From Octopus vulgaris (taxonomy: Eukaryota), in the NCBI GenBank assembly GCA_951406725.2, contig OX597826.1, positions 83,886,001 to 83,950,000 on the forward strand: a DNA stretch of 64,000 nucleotides. The letters run 5' to 3'. Below, piece by piece: positions 1 to 17,049 of this stretch. Each line of letters begins with the position of its first letter. Position 1 is the stretch's first letter. The notes under the pieces are model-generated. The model had not been told where the DNA came from. It worked only from the letters and a program-made list of their open reading frames with translations, and did not search any database. The position numbers were made by a program, and so were the translations under genes.

Positions 1-605
1 ACGCATGCACATACACACACACGTACGCACACATTACACTGCATCAAAGGATATCAGGAAAGAAGTTTTGTGCCACAGACCCAATCTTTACTCTCGATAC
101 AAAGAGTGTCTTGAAATTAAGACATTTTGAAACCAGTGAAGTGAGTGAGACCAAAGGAACAGGCAAACATGTGGATAGCCACATGTATATACATCATCTA
201 TGCCATATACGTAGATACATACAGACAGGCAAACAGACAGACAACAAAAAGCCAAAACTACCCAGTTGCAATAAAAGACAGATGAATCACATTTAGGGAA
301 ATATGATTTGTACTAATTATATATTGAAGTGTGTTTGAGTAAGAAGGCAAGCCTGTATTCATTCGGTGTGTGTGTGTGTGTGCATGTATGTATGTACGTA
401 CACACATACATACACATTTACAAGTTTATGATATCAAATATTTGTATATATAATGTTTGCATGTGTGTGTTTATGCATGTGTATATGTGGTGTGTATGAA
501 ACTGAGGTGTAGGGAATGGTTGAGCCTGTATTTAGGCGTATATACATTTTAATTTATGCGATTGCAAGTTAATTATACACAAGTAACTCCAACTATATAA
601 TTGAA

Positions 606-607
<2 letters not shown>

Positions 608-648
<41 letters not shown>

Positions 649-787
649 TGATTTTATCATTATATTTATACAATGTTATGTTTTACCCATGCCCATATAC
701 CCATACAAACCTACATTATACACATTCATCTGCAAATAATACAATAATAATATGGCTGAAAGCACCAGCCATGAATGCAAGCACACG

Positions 788-876
<89 letters not shown>

Positions 877-961
877 GTATATATATGTATATGTATATAT
901 GTATATATGTATATGTATATATATATATGTATATGTATATATAATTGTGTGTATATATATT

Positions 962-1043
<82 letters not shown>

Positions 1044-1154
1044 CATATATATACATATACATATATATGTGTATGTGTATATATATGCATATATATATGT
1101 GTATGCATGTATGTATACAGACACACTGACACAAGTACACATACACATTCTCTC

Positions 1155-1185
<31 letters not shown>

Positions 1186-1205
1186 AACACATACACACAT
1201 ATAGA
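608..1205. repeat. Compound (TA)n/(CA)n/(TG)n/(CT)n microsatellite region
   Basis: Dinucleotide arrays directly visible; source of the YIYI-type ORFs. Confidence 0.95.
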
Positions 1206-2300
1206 TGTATAAGCAACTCTACATTTAAACACACATTTGAAAAGCTAGTGGAAACCTAAGTATACTAATTATATATGAAGTGGCCTTCCATACACACAAC
1301 TACAGAGATGTTGTATGAGGTGTTAATTATATACACACAAGTGCCAAATAGTAGTACACACACACACATACGTAGGCACATATAAGTACACACAGACAGG
1401 TGTGTATGATTGAAGCAGCAATAAAACAGCTGTAAAACGTAGACTGTGATGAAATTATGGGATGAGGTGAGAAGGTGTAGTGATGGAGGAATAAGCAATT
1501 AGTTGTAGGGAGAGTGAGAGAGGGAGAGATGATGGGAGAGAGAGAGAGAGAGAGAATGAAGGTGTAAAAGAGGAAGGTACGAAAGAGAGATCTGAGAAAA
1601 AAATAGATACAAACAGAAAGGAAGAGAGAGGGAGAGAGGGAAAATGAAGGAAATATGCAGAAAGGGGAAATGATAGAGCAAAAGAGAGTGAGAGAGGAAA
1701 AAATTATGAGAAAGAGAGAAACGAGAAAGTGGTGGTGGTCGTGGTGGTAATACCCAGGACAGTCAGTTTTATAATCTTTAGTCCAGAAGTGTATAACTAG
1801 AGTTCAAACCCTACAAAGAGTGGAGAGGGGGGGGGGAGTTGAGGCCTCACCTTTCACTTTCCCACTTTGGTAAACTAAGAACCAGCAAAAAAAAAGAAAA
1901 AAATTAAGAGAACACATTTTTAGTTTTACACTGCAAAGGAGAAATGAAGAGTCTCCAACATTTGCACAGACATCTACTCACACATAAAGCAACGTCATTC
2001 ACACACACACACACACACACACTCAGCCTTTGAACAATCTCACTTCACACAATCACAGCACACCATACCTAAAATATTTATTTACTTATGTCTCATTTAT
2101 CTCTCCTGCTCCATACCCTCACCTGGCAAAATACCCTCATCTATCATATCCGTCCCCCACCCCTATAACACTCTTTTTCTCTTTCCTCAAAAAGTTCTCT
2201 CTCCTCCACTTATGGACCCCTGTCCAAAATGTCAAGCAACAAGGCAAGAGTTCAGAAAAACTATAACCTTATAAAAAGTTGGCATATTCAGAGAGCAACC

Positions 2301-2791
<491 letters not shown>

Positions 2792-2845
2792 AATAAAATA
2801 TATGCATATATATAAACATATATGTACGTACCTACCTCTACATGT

Positions 2846-3545
2846 ACATATACACGCATATATGTGTACAGGACACCAAAAGGACGTCGAACACATAGAG
2901 AGACGAAAAACATAGACACAAACCAAGGAACAAGACAAGCAAAAAAAGGAGATACAGGACAATAAGCACAACGAAAAATCCCCTTCTTCAGTCGCTAAAG
3001 TTTCATCTACTAAACGTTTCGAAGGATAAAAGCGAGACGTATACTTCGAATGAAAAATTCCTTCCTGCGAAAAGCAAATCAATTAAAATTCTGAGATCTT
3101 GTCGCAGAGGGGTAAAAAAAGCAAGACGGTAACGACAGTACAAACATATAAACAGTAAAAAATATATATATAAACAGTGGAAAAATAAATATATAACAGT
3201 GAGAGACAGGACAAGGAGAACAAGATAAGAAGGGCTGTTAACGCCAGACGAAAAAAGTATTGCAAACGCTGGATTATAGTGGACGACGAGAGAGGAAGAT
3301 GTCGACCAGTGGCCTTAGAAGGCAGACGAAAAAGGACGGGATAGCAGTTACGACGGAAGTACGTCGCAGATGGACGACGGGAATGGGGGAGGAGGAGCAA
3401 GAGGAAGAGAGAGAAGAAGGGGAATGGTGCGAGGAGACCATGAAGAACAGTGAGGGGGAGAGAGAGAGGAAGAGACAAGTTAAGTGAGGGAAAAAAAGAC
3501 GAAAAAGGGAATGGGAGAGAAAGAAAGAAAGATGCAGAGTCGCGT
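2846..3545 (-). mobile_element. Non-coding insertion between TA tracts, probably a Penelope-like terminal-repeat (pLTR) fragment
   Basis: CpG-rich block flanked by (TA)n. The minus strand carries hammerhead-like core words (GAA...GTC TCGCT...AGCGA CTGAAGA, 3047-2985). No credible ORF. Confidence 0.5.
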
Positions 3546-3655
3546 ATAAATATATATATATATATAAATATATATATATAAATATATATATATATAAATA
3601 TATATATATATAAATATATATATATAAATAATATATATATATATAAATATATATA

Positions 3656-4032
3656 CACTACCGTCAGAAATTAGTTAGCACCCTTGATTTGCTCTTCACT
3701 CAAGGTATGTGCTGTCACCTAGTGGCCATATCTCGAACTATTGCTTTGTTGCGAGTTCACTGTTGCGCAGAACGATGACGTAACTTTGTTTGCAGAGCAG
3801 TTTGAGAGTCTACAGCCTTATGATGTTGACATAGCAGTGCAACAACTTGGAGTGTGGATGCAGACAAATCTTCCTTTGTTTAATAGATATAGGTAGCGCC
3901 TCGCAAGGACCGAAATCACACCATACTAAGTTTTCTCATCGCGTAAGACGTTTTGAACAGCTCATAGGTTAATTGATTTAACCTATTTAATGTAGAAATT
4001 TGAGAAGTGCTAATTAATTTCTGACGCAAGTG
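3656..4032. mobile_element. Tc1/mariner-like MITE (377 bp)
   Basis: 26-bp imperfect TIRs CACTACCGTCAGAAATTAGTTAGCAC / GTGCTAATTAATTTCTGACGCAAGTG; TA on both sides; no transposase ORF. Confidence 0.85.
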
Positions 4033-4069
4033 TATATATAAATATATATATATATATAAATATATATAT

Positions 4070-6023
4070 GCTCTATCATCAATAGTCAGCGAAGAGCTGA
4101 AGAGGCCTGGGCCATTGAGAAGATCAAACTCAATCCCAAAGTGTTCTTTTCATTTGCAAAAACACACAGAGTCACTGGTTCTACTGTTGGCCCTCTGATT
4201 GATGAAAATGGTACTCTTCAAGACAATGCCAAAACCATGGGAGAGATATTGCAGAAACAATATTGCTCTGTTTTCAGCAATCCTGATATGACTGATCTGG
4301 GCTGTATCAGTGATGTTACTCCCCAATACACTTTATCGGACATAACATTTGGCGCTCCTGATGTCTTAGCAGCAATAAAGGAAATGAAGCATAATTCAGC
4401 AGTAGGTCCCGATAGGTTCCCTGCTTGTGTCTTGAAGATGTGTCAAAACCAACTTGCACCCCCTCTAGCCAATCTGTGGCGGAACTCACTGGATGCTGGA
4501 TATATACCAGAAGACCTTCTATCCCAGTCTGTTGTCCCAGTTTTCAAAAAAGGAAACAAATCGCTTGCCGTGAATTACCGTCCAATCTCACTCACCTCTT
4601 ATATCATCAAGGTATTTGAGAGGGTGCTGAGATCGCGTATGACTCACTTCCTTGAGAGTCATAATATGCTGAACCCCAACCAGCATGGATTCCGTAATGG
4701 GAGAGATTGCCTGACGCAGCTACTGCATCATTTTGATGACATTTTGAGAGCCTTGGGAGAAGGTTCCAACACTGATGTCATCTACCTTGATTTCAGCAAG
4801 GCCTTTGACAGGGTTGATCATAAGATCCTTCTGAGAAAGCTGTCCAATATTGGTGTCACTGGAAAGCTGCTGCAGTGGATCAAGTGCTTCCTGTCTAACA
4901 GAACCCAACATGTTGTAGTCGAAGGAGTCAAATCCAGCCCAGCCAAAGTCAGCAGTGGTGTCCCACAAGGCACTGTGTTGGGCCCACTTCTCTTCATCAT
5001 CTACATAAATGATATTACTGACACCATCAAACACAGTAACATCAGAACCTTCGCTGATGATGCCAAGCTCCAGAAGGTCATCAATGGCGTGGATGACCGA
5101 ATAAACCTTCAGTCAGACCTACTGGCTGTTGTCCAATGGGCGGAAAAGAATAACATGTTGCTAAATGAAGACAAATTCGAACTGATCCACTTTGGAAGGG
5201 AGGACGCTCTGAAACTCCCATACTCTCTTCCTTCTGGAGAAATTCTCATGGCGTCCAACAACATCAGAGACCTGGGAGTAACAGTGGACAACAACATAAG
5301 CTGGGCTACACATATAAGCAGCAAAGTTGACATGGCCCGCAGAATGTGTTCCTGGATTCTCAGAACCTTCCAGTCGAGAGATTCCCATGCTATTATCCTT
5401 CTCTTCTCCACTTTTGCCCGACCCCACCTTGAATACTGCTGTCCACTGTGGTCTCCCTACACAAAACAAAATATTATGAGAATTGAAGCTCCCCAAAGGT
5501 CAATCACAAAAAAGATAGATGGCATGTCAGACCTTGACTACTGGGGTAGACTAGAGAAGCTGAAATTGTATTCACTCCAACGACGCCGTGAACGCTACAT
5601 TATCTGTATGATGTGGAAAATATTCCATCAGCACTGTCCGAATGATGTTGGCATCACCTTCAAAATGCATCCAAGGCTTGGACCACGTGCCATCCGTCCA
5701 CAACAAAAATCTAAATCGCATCACATAACGACAATACGGCACAACTATTTCACCTCAATTGGACCCGCTCTCTTCAACATTACACCAGGACACGTCAAAA
5801 AAGAAACTGACCACACAAAATTCAAGAAGTCTTTAGACAAATTCCGTCAAACAGTACCGGACAAACCACCCAACCCGGATATGTCTCCGCAAACAATAAC
5901 TCTCTGCTCAAATGGGCCTTGGTGCCCAAATCCTGAACTGAAAGACTTCGCCAGGTGGTGCTATTAAGTTAGACATGGCCTGGGCCAATACTGGCCAAAA
6001 CCTTTCTAAGTTATTTTCTAAGT
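4070..6023 (+). mobile_element. 5'-truncated CR1/L2-group LINE (copy C, subfamily related to copy A)
   Basis: RT motifs NYRPISLTS, QHGFR, YLDFSKAFD, GVPQGTVLGP, FADD, LEYCCPLWSP. Has a 3' stem-loop and a repeated TTTCTAAGT tail. Both junctions lie in (TA)n. Confidence 0.95.
4141..5967 (+). CDS. Non-LTR retrotransposon reverse transcriptase (ORF2, N-truncated; C-terminal frameshift near 5870 relative to copy A)
   Basis: 608-aa ORF with all RT blocks; diverges from copy A after DKPP because of a 1-nt deletion. Confidence 0.85.
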   Translation: MFFSFAKTHRVTGSTVGPLIDENGTLQDNAKTMGEILQKQYCSVFSNPDMTDLGCISDVTPQYTLSDITFGAPDVLAAIKEMKHNSAVGPDRFPACVLKMCQNQLAPPLANLWRNSLDAGYIPEDLLSQSVVPVFKKGNKSLAVNYRPISLTSYIIKVFERVLRSRMTHFLESHNMLNPNQHGFRNGRDCLTQLLHHFDDILRALGEGSNTDVIYLDFSKAFDRVDHKILLRKLSNIGVTGKLLQWIKCFLSNRTQHVVVEGVKSSPAKVSSGVPQGTVLGPLLFIIYINDITDTIKHSNIRTFADDAKLQKVINGVDDRINLQSDLLAVVQWAEKNNMLLNEDKFELIHFGREDALKLPYSLPSGEILMASNNIRDLGVTVDNNISWATHISSKVDMARRMCSWILRTFQSRDSHAIILLFSTFARPHLEYCCPLWSPYTKQNIMRIEAPQRSITKKIDGMSDLDYWGRLEKLKLYSLQRRRERYIICMMWKIFHQHCPNDVGITFKMHPRLGPRAIRPQQKSKSHHITTIRHNYFTSIGPALFNITPGHVKKETDHTKFKKSLDKFRQTVPDKPPNPDMSPQTITLCSNGPWCPNPELKDFARWCY

Positions 6024-6093
<70 letters not shown>

Positions 6094-6098
6094 TATAT

Positions 6099-6927
6099 AC
6101 TTTGATAGGTTTCGGCCATTATTGGCCCAGGCCATGTCTAACTTAATGGCACCACCTGGTGAAGTCTTTCAAGTCAGAATTTGGGCACTATGGCCCACTC
6201 AAGTAGAGAGTTATTGTTTACAGAGACATATCCGGGTGTAGGGGGTTTATCCGGAATTTCTTGAAGGAATCTGTCCAAAGACTTCTTGAACCCTATAGGG
6301 TCAGTTTCTGTTTTAATGTGTTTTGGTGTAATGTTAAAGAGAGCGGGGCCAATTGAGGTGAAATAATTGTGTCGTATTGTTGTTATGAGATGAGAGTGCG
6401 ATTTTTGTTTTGGGCGGATGGCACGGGGCCCAAGCCTTGGATGTACCTTAAAGGTGATGCCAACATCATTTGGGCAATGCTGATGGAATATTTTCCACAT
6501 CATGCAGATGATGTAGCGCTCACGACGACGTTGGAGAGAATAGAGTTTTAGCTTTTCTAGTCGACCCCAATAGTCGAGGCCTGTCATGCCATCTATCTTT
6601 TTTGTGATTGCCCTTTGAGGTGCTTCAACTTTTATGATACCTTGTATTGTGTGGGGAGACCACAGTGGACAACAGTATTCAAGGTGGGGTCGGGCAAAAA
6701 AGTAGAGAAGAGAAGGATAATGGTGTGGATATCTCTCGACTGGAAAGTTCTGAGAATCCAGGAACACATTCTGCGGGCCATGTCAACTTTGGTGTTTATA
6801 TGAGTGGCCCAGCTTACGTTGTTGTCCACAATTACTCCCAAGTCTCTGATGTTGTTGGACGCCGCGAGAGTTTCACCTGAAGGAAGGGAGTATGGGAGTT
6901 TCAGGGCATCCTCTTTTCCAAAGTGGA
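6099..6927 (-). mobile_element. 3' fragment (copy B) of the same LINE family as copy A
   Basis: Near-identical to 15312-16138 in reverse, with the same protein end [14 protein letters not shown] and the same terminus GAAACCTATCAAAGT. One extra T causes a frameshift near 6700. Flanked by (TA)n. Confidence 0.95.
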
Positions 6928-6929
6928 AA

Positions 6930-7044
<115 letters not shown>

Positions 7045-7129
7045 TGATTGATTGATTGATTCTAGTTTCAGCTTATGAGCTGTGGCCATGCTGGGGCACC
7101 GCCATTTTGTGTTGCTACTTGGTTTCACT

Positions 7130-10100
7130 TCATGGAGGCTTTCTAGCAGCTGCTATTTGGTGCATGAGAGAGTTCGATGCAGCTGCCCTCATCTGCCCCT
7201 CCTGCCGTGAAGTTGGTTCATCTGGGACACCTGACAGGAAGAGATCCAGCTTCATTTTAAAGACATCTGTATCCACCCCATGCAGGTCTCTCAGGTTCTT
7301 CGGGAGGATATTGAAGAGCTGTGGGCCTCGGAAGCCCAGGCTATCACAGAATCTTGTCCTACATCTTGATGGCAAGTTTGGAGTCCTAGGCACCACGCAG
7401 TGGCGCCCAGTTCTGGCGTTTGCGTAACTCTCGATGCCAAAGTTCAGGACACTTCCCTCCAGGATCTTCCAGATGTATATTATGGCATATCTTTCCCGCC
7501 TACGCTCCAGGGAATATAATTTTAATCTCTTGAGTCTTTCCCAGTAGCTTACATTCTGCATAGAGGCTATCTTCTTTGTGTAGCTTCGTTGGATCGCCTC
7601 AAGTTCTGTGATCAACTTGACACTGGATGGTGACCATAGCTGAGAGCAATAGTCAAAGTGGCTTAGGACAAGTGTCTTCCAGAGGACCATCATGGTTTCT
7701 TGTTCTCTTGTTCTAAAGGTTCTAAGAATCCATCCAGCCAGCCGTCTACATTTCATTGTCAGTTTAGCAACATGTACATGAAAGGTCGCGTCATCACTCA
7801 TGTGAATACCCAGGTCACGCACTGATTGTGCCTCTGGGATTGCAATCCCTCCGGGTCCAGTGTATTCATTGGGTATTGCATTCAGTTTTGCATGCTGATA
7901 GTATAAAGCTTGAAACTTTCCAGCATTGAACTGCATGCTATTCTTTTCAGCCCACTTGTATATTTCGTCCAGCTCACATTGCAGGTGTTTAGTGTCCTCA
8001 GGGTTCTGTATTGCCTGTGAAACTTTTGTATCATCTGCATAACTTGTGATCGTGGCTCTCTGCGTGGCTGAGGGCATGTCTGAGAGGGCCATTATGAACA
8101 GTAGTGGTCCCAAAACAGTGCCCTGTGGAACACCGCTCACTATTTGCGTGCTAATGGAAGTGGCCCCATTGGCTACTACCACCTGACTTCTATTCTTCAG
8201 AAAGTCGTGAAGCCATTCTCCTAGTTTTCCAACTATGCCAAGATCACGCAGTTTGTGACATATCATTCCATGATCGACTTTATCGAAGGCCTTTGCGAAG
8301 TCGAGATATATGACTTCCACATTTGAGTGGTTGAGCAGTTGTTTCAGCACCCAGTCATAGTGCTGCAGGAGCTGAGTTAAGCAGCTTCTTCCTGGTCGGA
8401 AACCATGTTGGGTGTCAGGCAGCAAGTCATTTTCTTCAGGAAGGTGATTAGTTTCCTTCTGACTATTCGTTCCATGACCTTGCTGATGTGTGAGGTCAGA
8501 GAGATAGGTCTGTAGTTCTTGGCCTCCGCTCTGCTACCTCCTTTATGAATAGGGCATATTTTACCTTCCTTCAGTTTTCTTGGAAGTTTGCCAGCTGCAA
8601 GGAAGCTCTGAAAGAGGAACTGCAGTGGTCTTGCTAAGACTCTCTTACATACTTTTAGGAGGATTGCCGGGAATCCATCGGGGCCAATAGCTGAGTCTAT
8701 TTTCATTTCATCTATAGCCTTTATTACATCATCTTCCTTTATATCGATGTAATTTAACGTCGCCGCCTCTGATTCTATATCTGCAGTGGTAAAAAAGTCA
8801 GTTGGATTGCTGATTTAGAAATGCCCAAGGGGTGGAGTGAAAACACTCTTGAATTGTTCATTCAGTATTTCACTTACCCTCATTGGTTTTCCTGTGAGTG
8901 TGCCATCCTTTTCAAGGAGTGGCCCTATCCTACAGTGCACCGTAGCTGTTTCTTTGGCATACCTGTAGAAAGCTCTGGGGTTAGTTTTTATGTTGTCTAT
9001 AGCCCAGGCTTCTTTGTCTGCTCTTTCCTTCTCATGGGAGAGTTGCAGACAATTTTCAATTTCCAACAGTTTTATTTTCAGGCGGGACTTTTCACTGCTT
9101 TCAATTTGTTTGTTTAGGCGATTTGAGATTTTTGTGCGCCGTCTCATTAAAATTTTCCTCTCTCTGGGGATTTTGTTCTTGTGTACAGTGGCCTTTCTCT
9201 CTGGGACACATTTGTAGCATATGGCTTGCATTACAGACATGAATTGTTGAAGTATCATGTCGATGTCCGGCGAGGAGAGACATTCAGGCCAGTTTTGTTT
9301 GAGGATCTCTTTCTCAATTTGTTTCCAGTTTGCCTTATTGAAGTTCAAGCTGGAAAGACTTTGAGGGTTTCTTGTAGGCTGCATGTCCGTGCTCTCTTTT
9401 GGCCCGTACATGGTCAGCTCTACCATGTTGTGATCCGAGAGTAGTGTCGGTGTCACTTTCACATTATGGATGAGATCCATATTATTTGTGAAGCAGAGAT
9501 CCAGTGTGTTACCCGCTCTGGTTGGTTGGAGTATTACTTGCTCCATGTACAGGGTGTTGGTGAGGTTCAGGAGGGACCTCGCCTGTCCTCGTTCACATCT
9601 TGTCATTCCTGGGAGAGAAAGGCCCTCGGGCCATCTGACATTCGGTAGATTGAAGTCTCCCATGAGAAGTACACTTATGTGTTGTTCTAATGTGGTTAGA
9701 ACTTCTTCTATTTTTAAAAGGCAGTCCTCAAACTTGCCCATATGACTTGGGGCATCTGGAGGGCGATATGTAGCACACACAACTACATCAAGTTGCCTTA
9801 TGTGTACAATTAGTGTGTCACACACCGAGTTTGAGTATGACAAAAGGACCTGGGGTGTGAGGTCCCCACGGATGTACATAGCAACTCCTCCATGACTTCT
9901 TTCTTTCCTGTCGGTCCGTAGTACAACATACTGTGGTATGTGTAATTCCGCATCTGCTATGTCCGGTTTCAGATGCGTTTCTGTGAGTGCTATGCATAAG
10001 GCTTGATTGCATGCGACAAAGTCTCTCAGGAACGGGACTTTTGTCCTGTTACTGTGTGTTAGTAGTCCTCTGATGTTCAGTAGGAGCATCGAGGTGAGGT

Positions 10101-10174
10101 GTATGCTGTTGCCGGTGGTGTCCACCCTGGGTCCATCTGCTGTGGCGGTCTTGTGAACCGTGGGCAGTTCCATC
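7130..10174 (-). pseudogene. ORF2 (APE + RT) of LINE D, broken by a stop at ~8815 and a frameshift at ~8430
   Basis: Three consecutive ORF pieces (8815-10428, 8377-8706, 7130-8425) join into one APE-RT protein. Confidence 0.9.
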
Positions 10175-10201
10175 TGCGAGCCTGAGCCTGATGGAGCCAG
10201 G

Positions 10202-10790
10202 TTAGCTGCTGTACAATCTTTTGTGCCATGCACAAAAAGATTCCTGCTCAGCAGCTGCCCTTTCAACAACACGTTGGTGGTTTGTGGTACGCACCACATC
10301 TGCGTACCTCCGTTTTGGGGCCGGTGATGCGTGGTCCATCCCATTTCCTTTCGGTGGTTGGTTTCTGTGGCAGGGTCCCGGATGTGCAAAGCGGCAGCCT
10401 GCAGCTTTCTCTCCATGCCGGCAGGCACCTCTCAGGTAGAACCTACATACCCGTGTGCGCTGCTTGTTTCCATCCTTTTTGGCATATGGACAGTTAGGTT
10501 TGCCTCTATCCCTGGCTGCCTTGCCCCTTGGCTTTGTCTGAGTTTTAGCTTCAGTTTTTCCTCTTTTATTGGCCTCTTCATCTCCATGTCCATGGCTTTT
10601 GGTGCCGGTAGGAGCATCCGTACCTGGGTTCACCTCCCGGGCAGGCCTCTCGCTGGAGTTTTCTTCCTGGGCGTCCACCAGGTGGGGGTGACCCTCCTCA
10701 TCTGCGCCCGCGTCTCCATCCTTGCCATCTTTACTTTGTTCGCGTTTTTCGCTGTTAAAAATGGCATCCAGTGTGTTTATGTGCGATCTG
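10202..10790 (-). CDS. ORF1 remnant of LINE D with CCCH-type zinc finger
   Basis: [24 protein letters not shown] within a low-complexity charged ORF; the frame stays open upstream of 10678 nearly to the 5' junction. Confidence 0.6.
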
Positions 10791-10800
10791 ACATATATAA

Positions 10801-10931
<131 letters not shown>

Positions 10932-10960
10932 AATAAATATATATATATATAAATAAATAT

Positions 10961-11025
<65 letters not shown>

Positions 11026-11047
11026 TATATATATATATAAATAAATA

Positions 11048-11080
<33 letters not shown>

Positions 11081-11124
11081 TATATATTTATATATATATA
11101 AATAAATATATATATATATATATA

Positions 11125-11444
11125 TTTCAACAATTGAGGGTAAAATTAATTAATTAATCAATTTCACCAAGTATTCAGTATACAAAGGGACCATTTAAGG
11201 CGAATTCAAATTATTACATTATATAAAAGGGCTTAGTAAAATAAATTACTTTGCCGCATACTGAACTCATTAGAAATAGCAGCTAAAAAAACTTTTTAAA
11301 AAACTATCTCCAATACTTAAAGAAAGTAATACTTTAAGTATTGGAGATAGTTTTTTAAAAAGTTTTTTTAGCTGCTATTTCTAATGAGTTCAGTATGCGG
11401 CAAAGTAATTTATTTTACTAAGCCCTTTTACATAATGTAATAAT
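11125..11444 (-). mobile_element. Fold-back insertion: 113-bp inverted repeat plus unique tail, Penelope-like end structure
   Basis: Arms 11210-11322 and 11332-11444 (one mismatch), 9-nt loop, unique ~85-bp extension on the left, inside (TA)n. Confidence 0.6.
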
Positions 11445-11521
11445 ATATATATATATATATAAATAAATATATATATATATATAAATATATATATATATAA
11501 ATAAATATATATATATATATA

Positions 11522-11562
<41 letters not shown>

Positions 11563-11704
11563 TATATATATATATAAATAAATATATATATATAAATAAA
11601 TATATATATATATAAATATATATATATAAATAAATATATATATATATAAATAATATATATATATATAAATAAATATATATATAAATAAATATATATATAT
11701 ATAA

Positions 11705-11755
<51 letters not shown>

Positions 11756-11855
11756 TATATATATATAAATAAATATATATATATATAAATAAATATATAT
11801 ATATATAAATAAATATATATATATATATAAATAATATATATATATATAAATAAAT

Positions 11856-11907
<52 letters not shown>

Positions 11908-11925
11908 ATATATATATATATAAAT

Positions 11926-12091
<166 letters not shown>

Positions 12092-12092
12092 A

Positions 12093-12945
<853 letters not shown>

Positions 12946-12967
12946 TATATATAAATATATATATATA

Positions 12968-16445
<3,478 letters not shown>

Positions 16446-16964
16446 CGAAAATCGAATTGAAATCGAATTGAACCAGCCAGGATCCCTGGTCTGATGGTAC
16501 GTAAAAAGTACTATCCGACTCGTGGCCGTGGCACGTAAAATACTCCAATGCGACCGTACGACAGGCACCCATGCCAACCCCCTTTGCTTGTGAAGACATG
16601 TTGGGGCAAGCGAAATCGAATTGAACCAGCCAGGATCCCTGGTCTGGTGGTACGTAAAAAGCACTATCCGACTCGTGGCCGATGCCAGCACCGCCTCGAC
16701 TGGCTTCCGTGCCGGTGGCACATAAAATACACCAATCTGACCGTGGCCGTTGCCAGCCCCGCCTGGCACCTGTGCAGGTGGCACGTAAAAAGCACCCACT
16801 ACACTCACGGAGTGGTTGGCGTTAGGAAGGGCATCCAGCTGTAGAAACATTGCCAGATTAGACTGGAGCCTGGTGCAGCCTTCTGGCTTCCCAGAACCCC
16901 GGTCGAACCGTCCAACCCATGCTAGCATGGAGAACGGACGTTAAACGATGATGATGATGATGAT
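16446..16964 (+). mobile_element. RTE LINE 3' UTR fragment
   Basis: Homologous to the 3' end of the RTE at 17362-20880; tandem GGCACGTAAAAAGCAC units; (GAT)n tail. Confidence 0.85.
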
Positions 16965-16981
16965 ACATATAATATATATAT

Positions 16982-17037
<56 letters not shown>

Positions 17038-17049
17038 TATATACACTGT

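Noticed and set aside
3656-3660. Element begins with CACTA (CACTA/EnSpm?)
   Set aside because: The other end reads CACTT, the flanks are TA rather than a 3-bp TSD, and the TIR resembles Tc1 ends.
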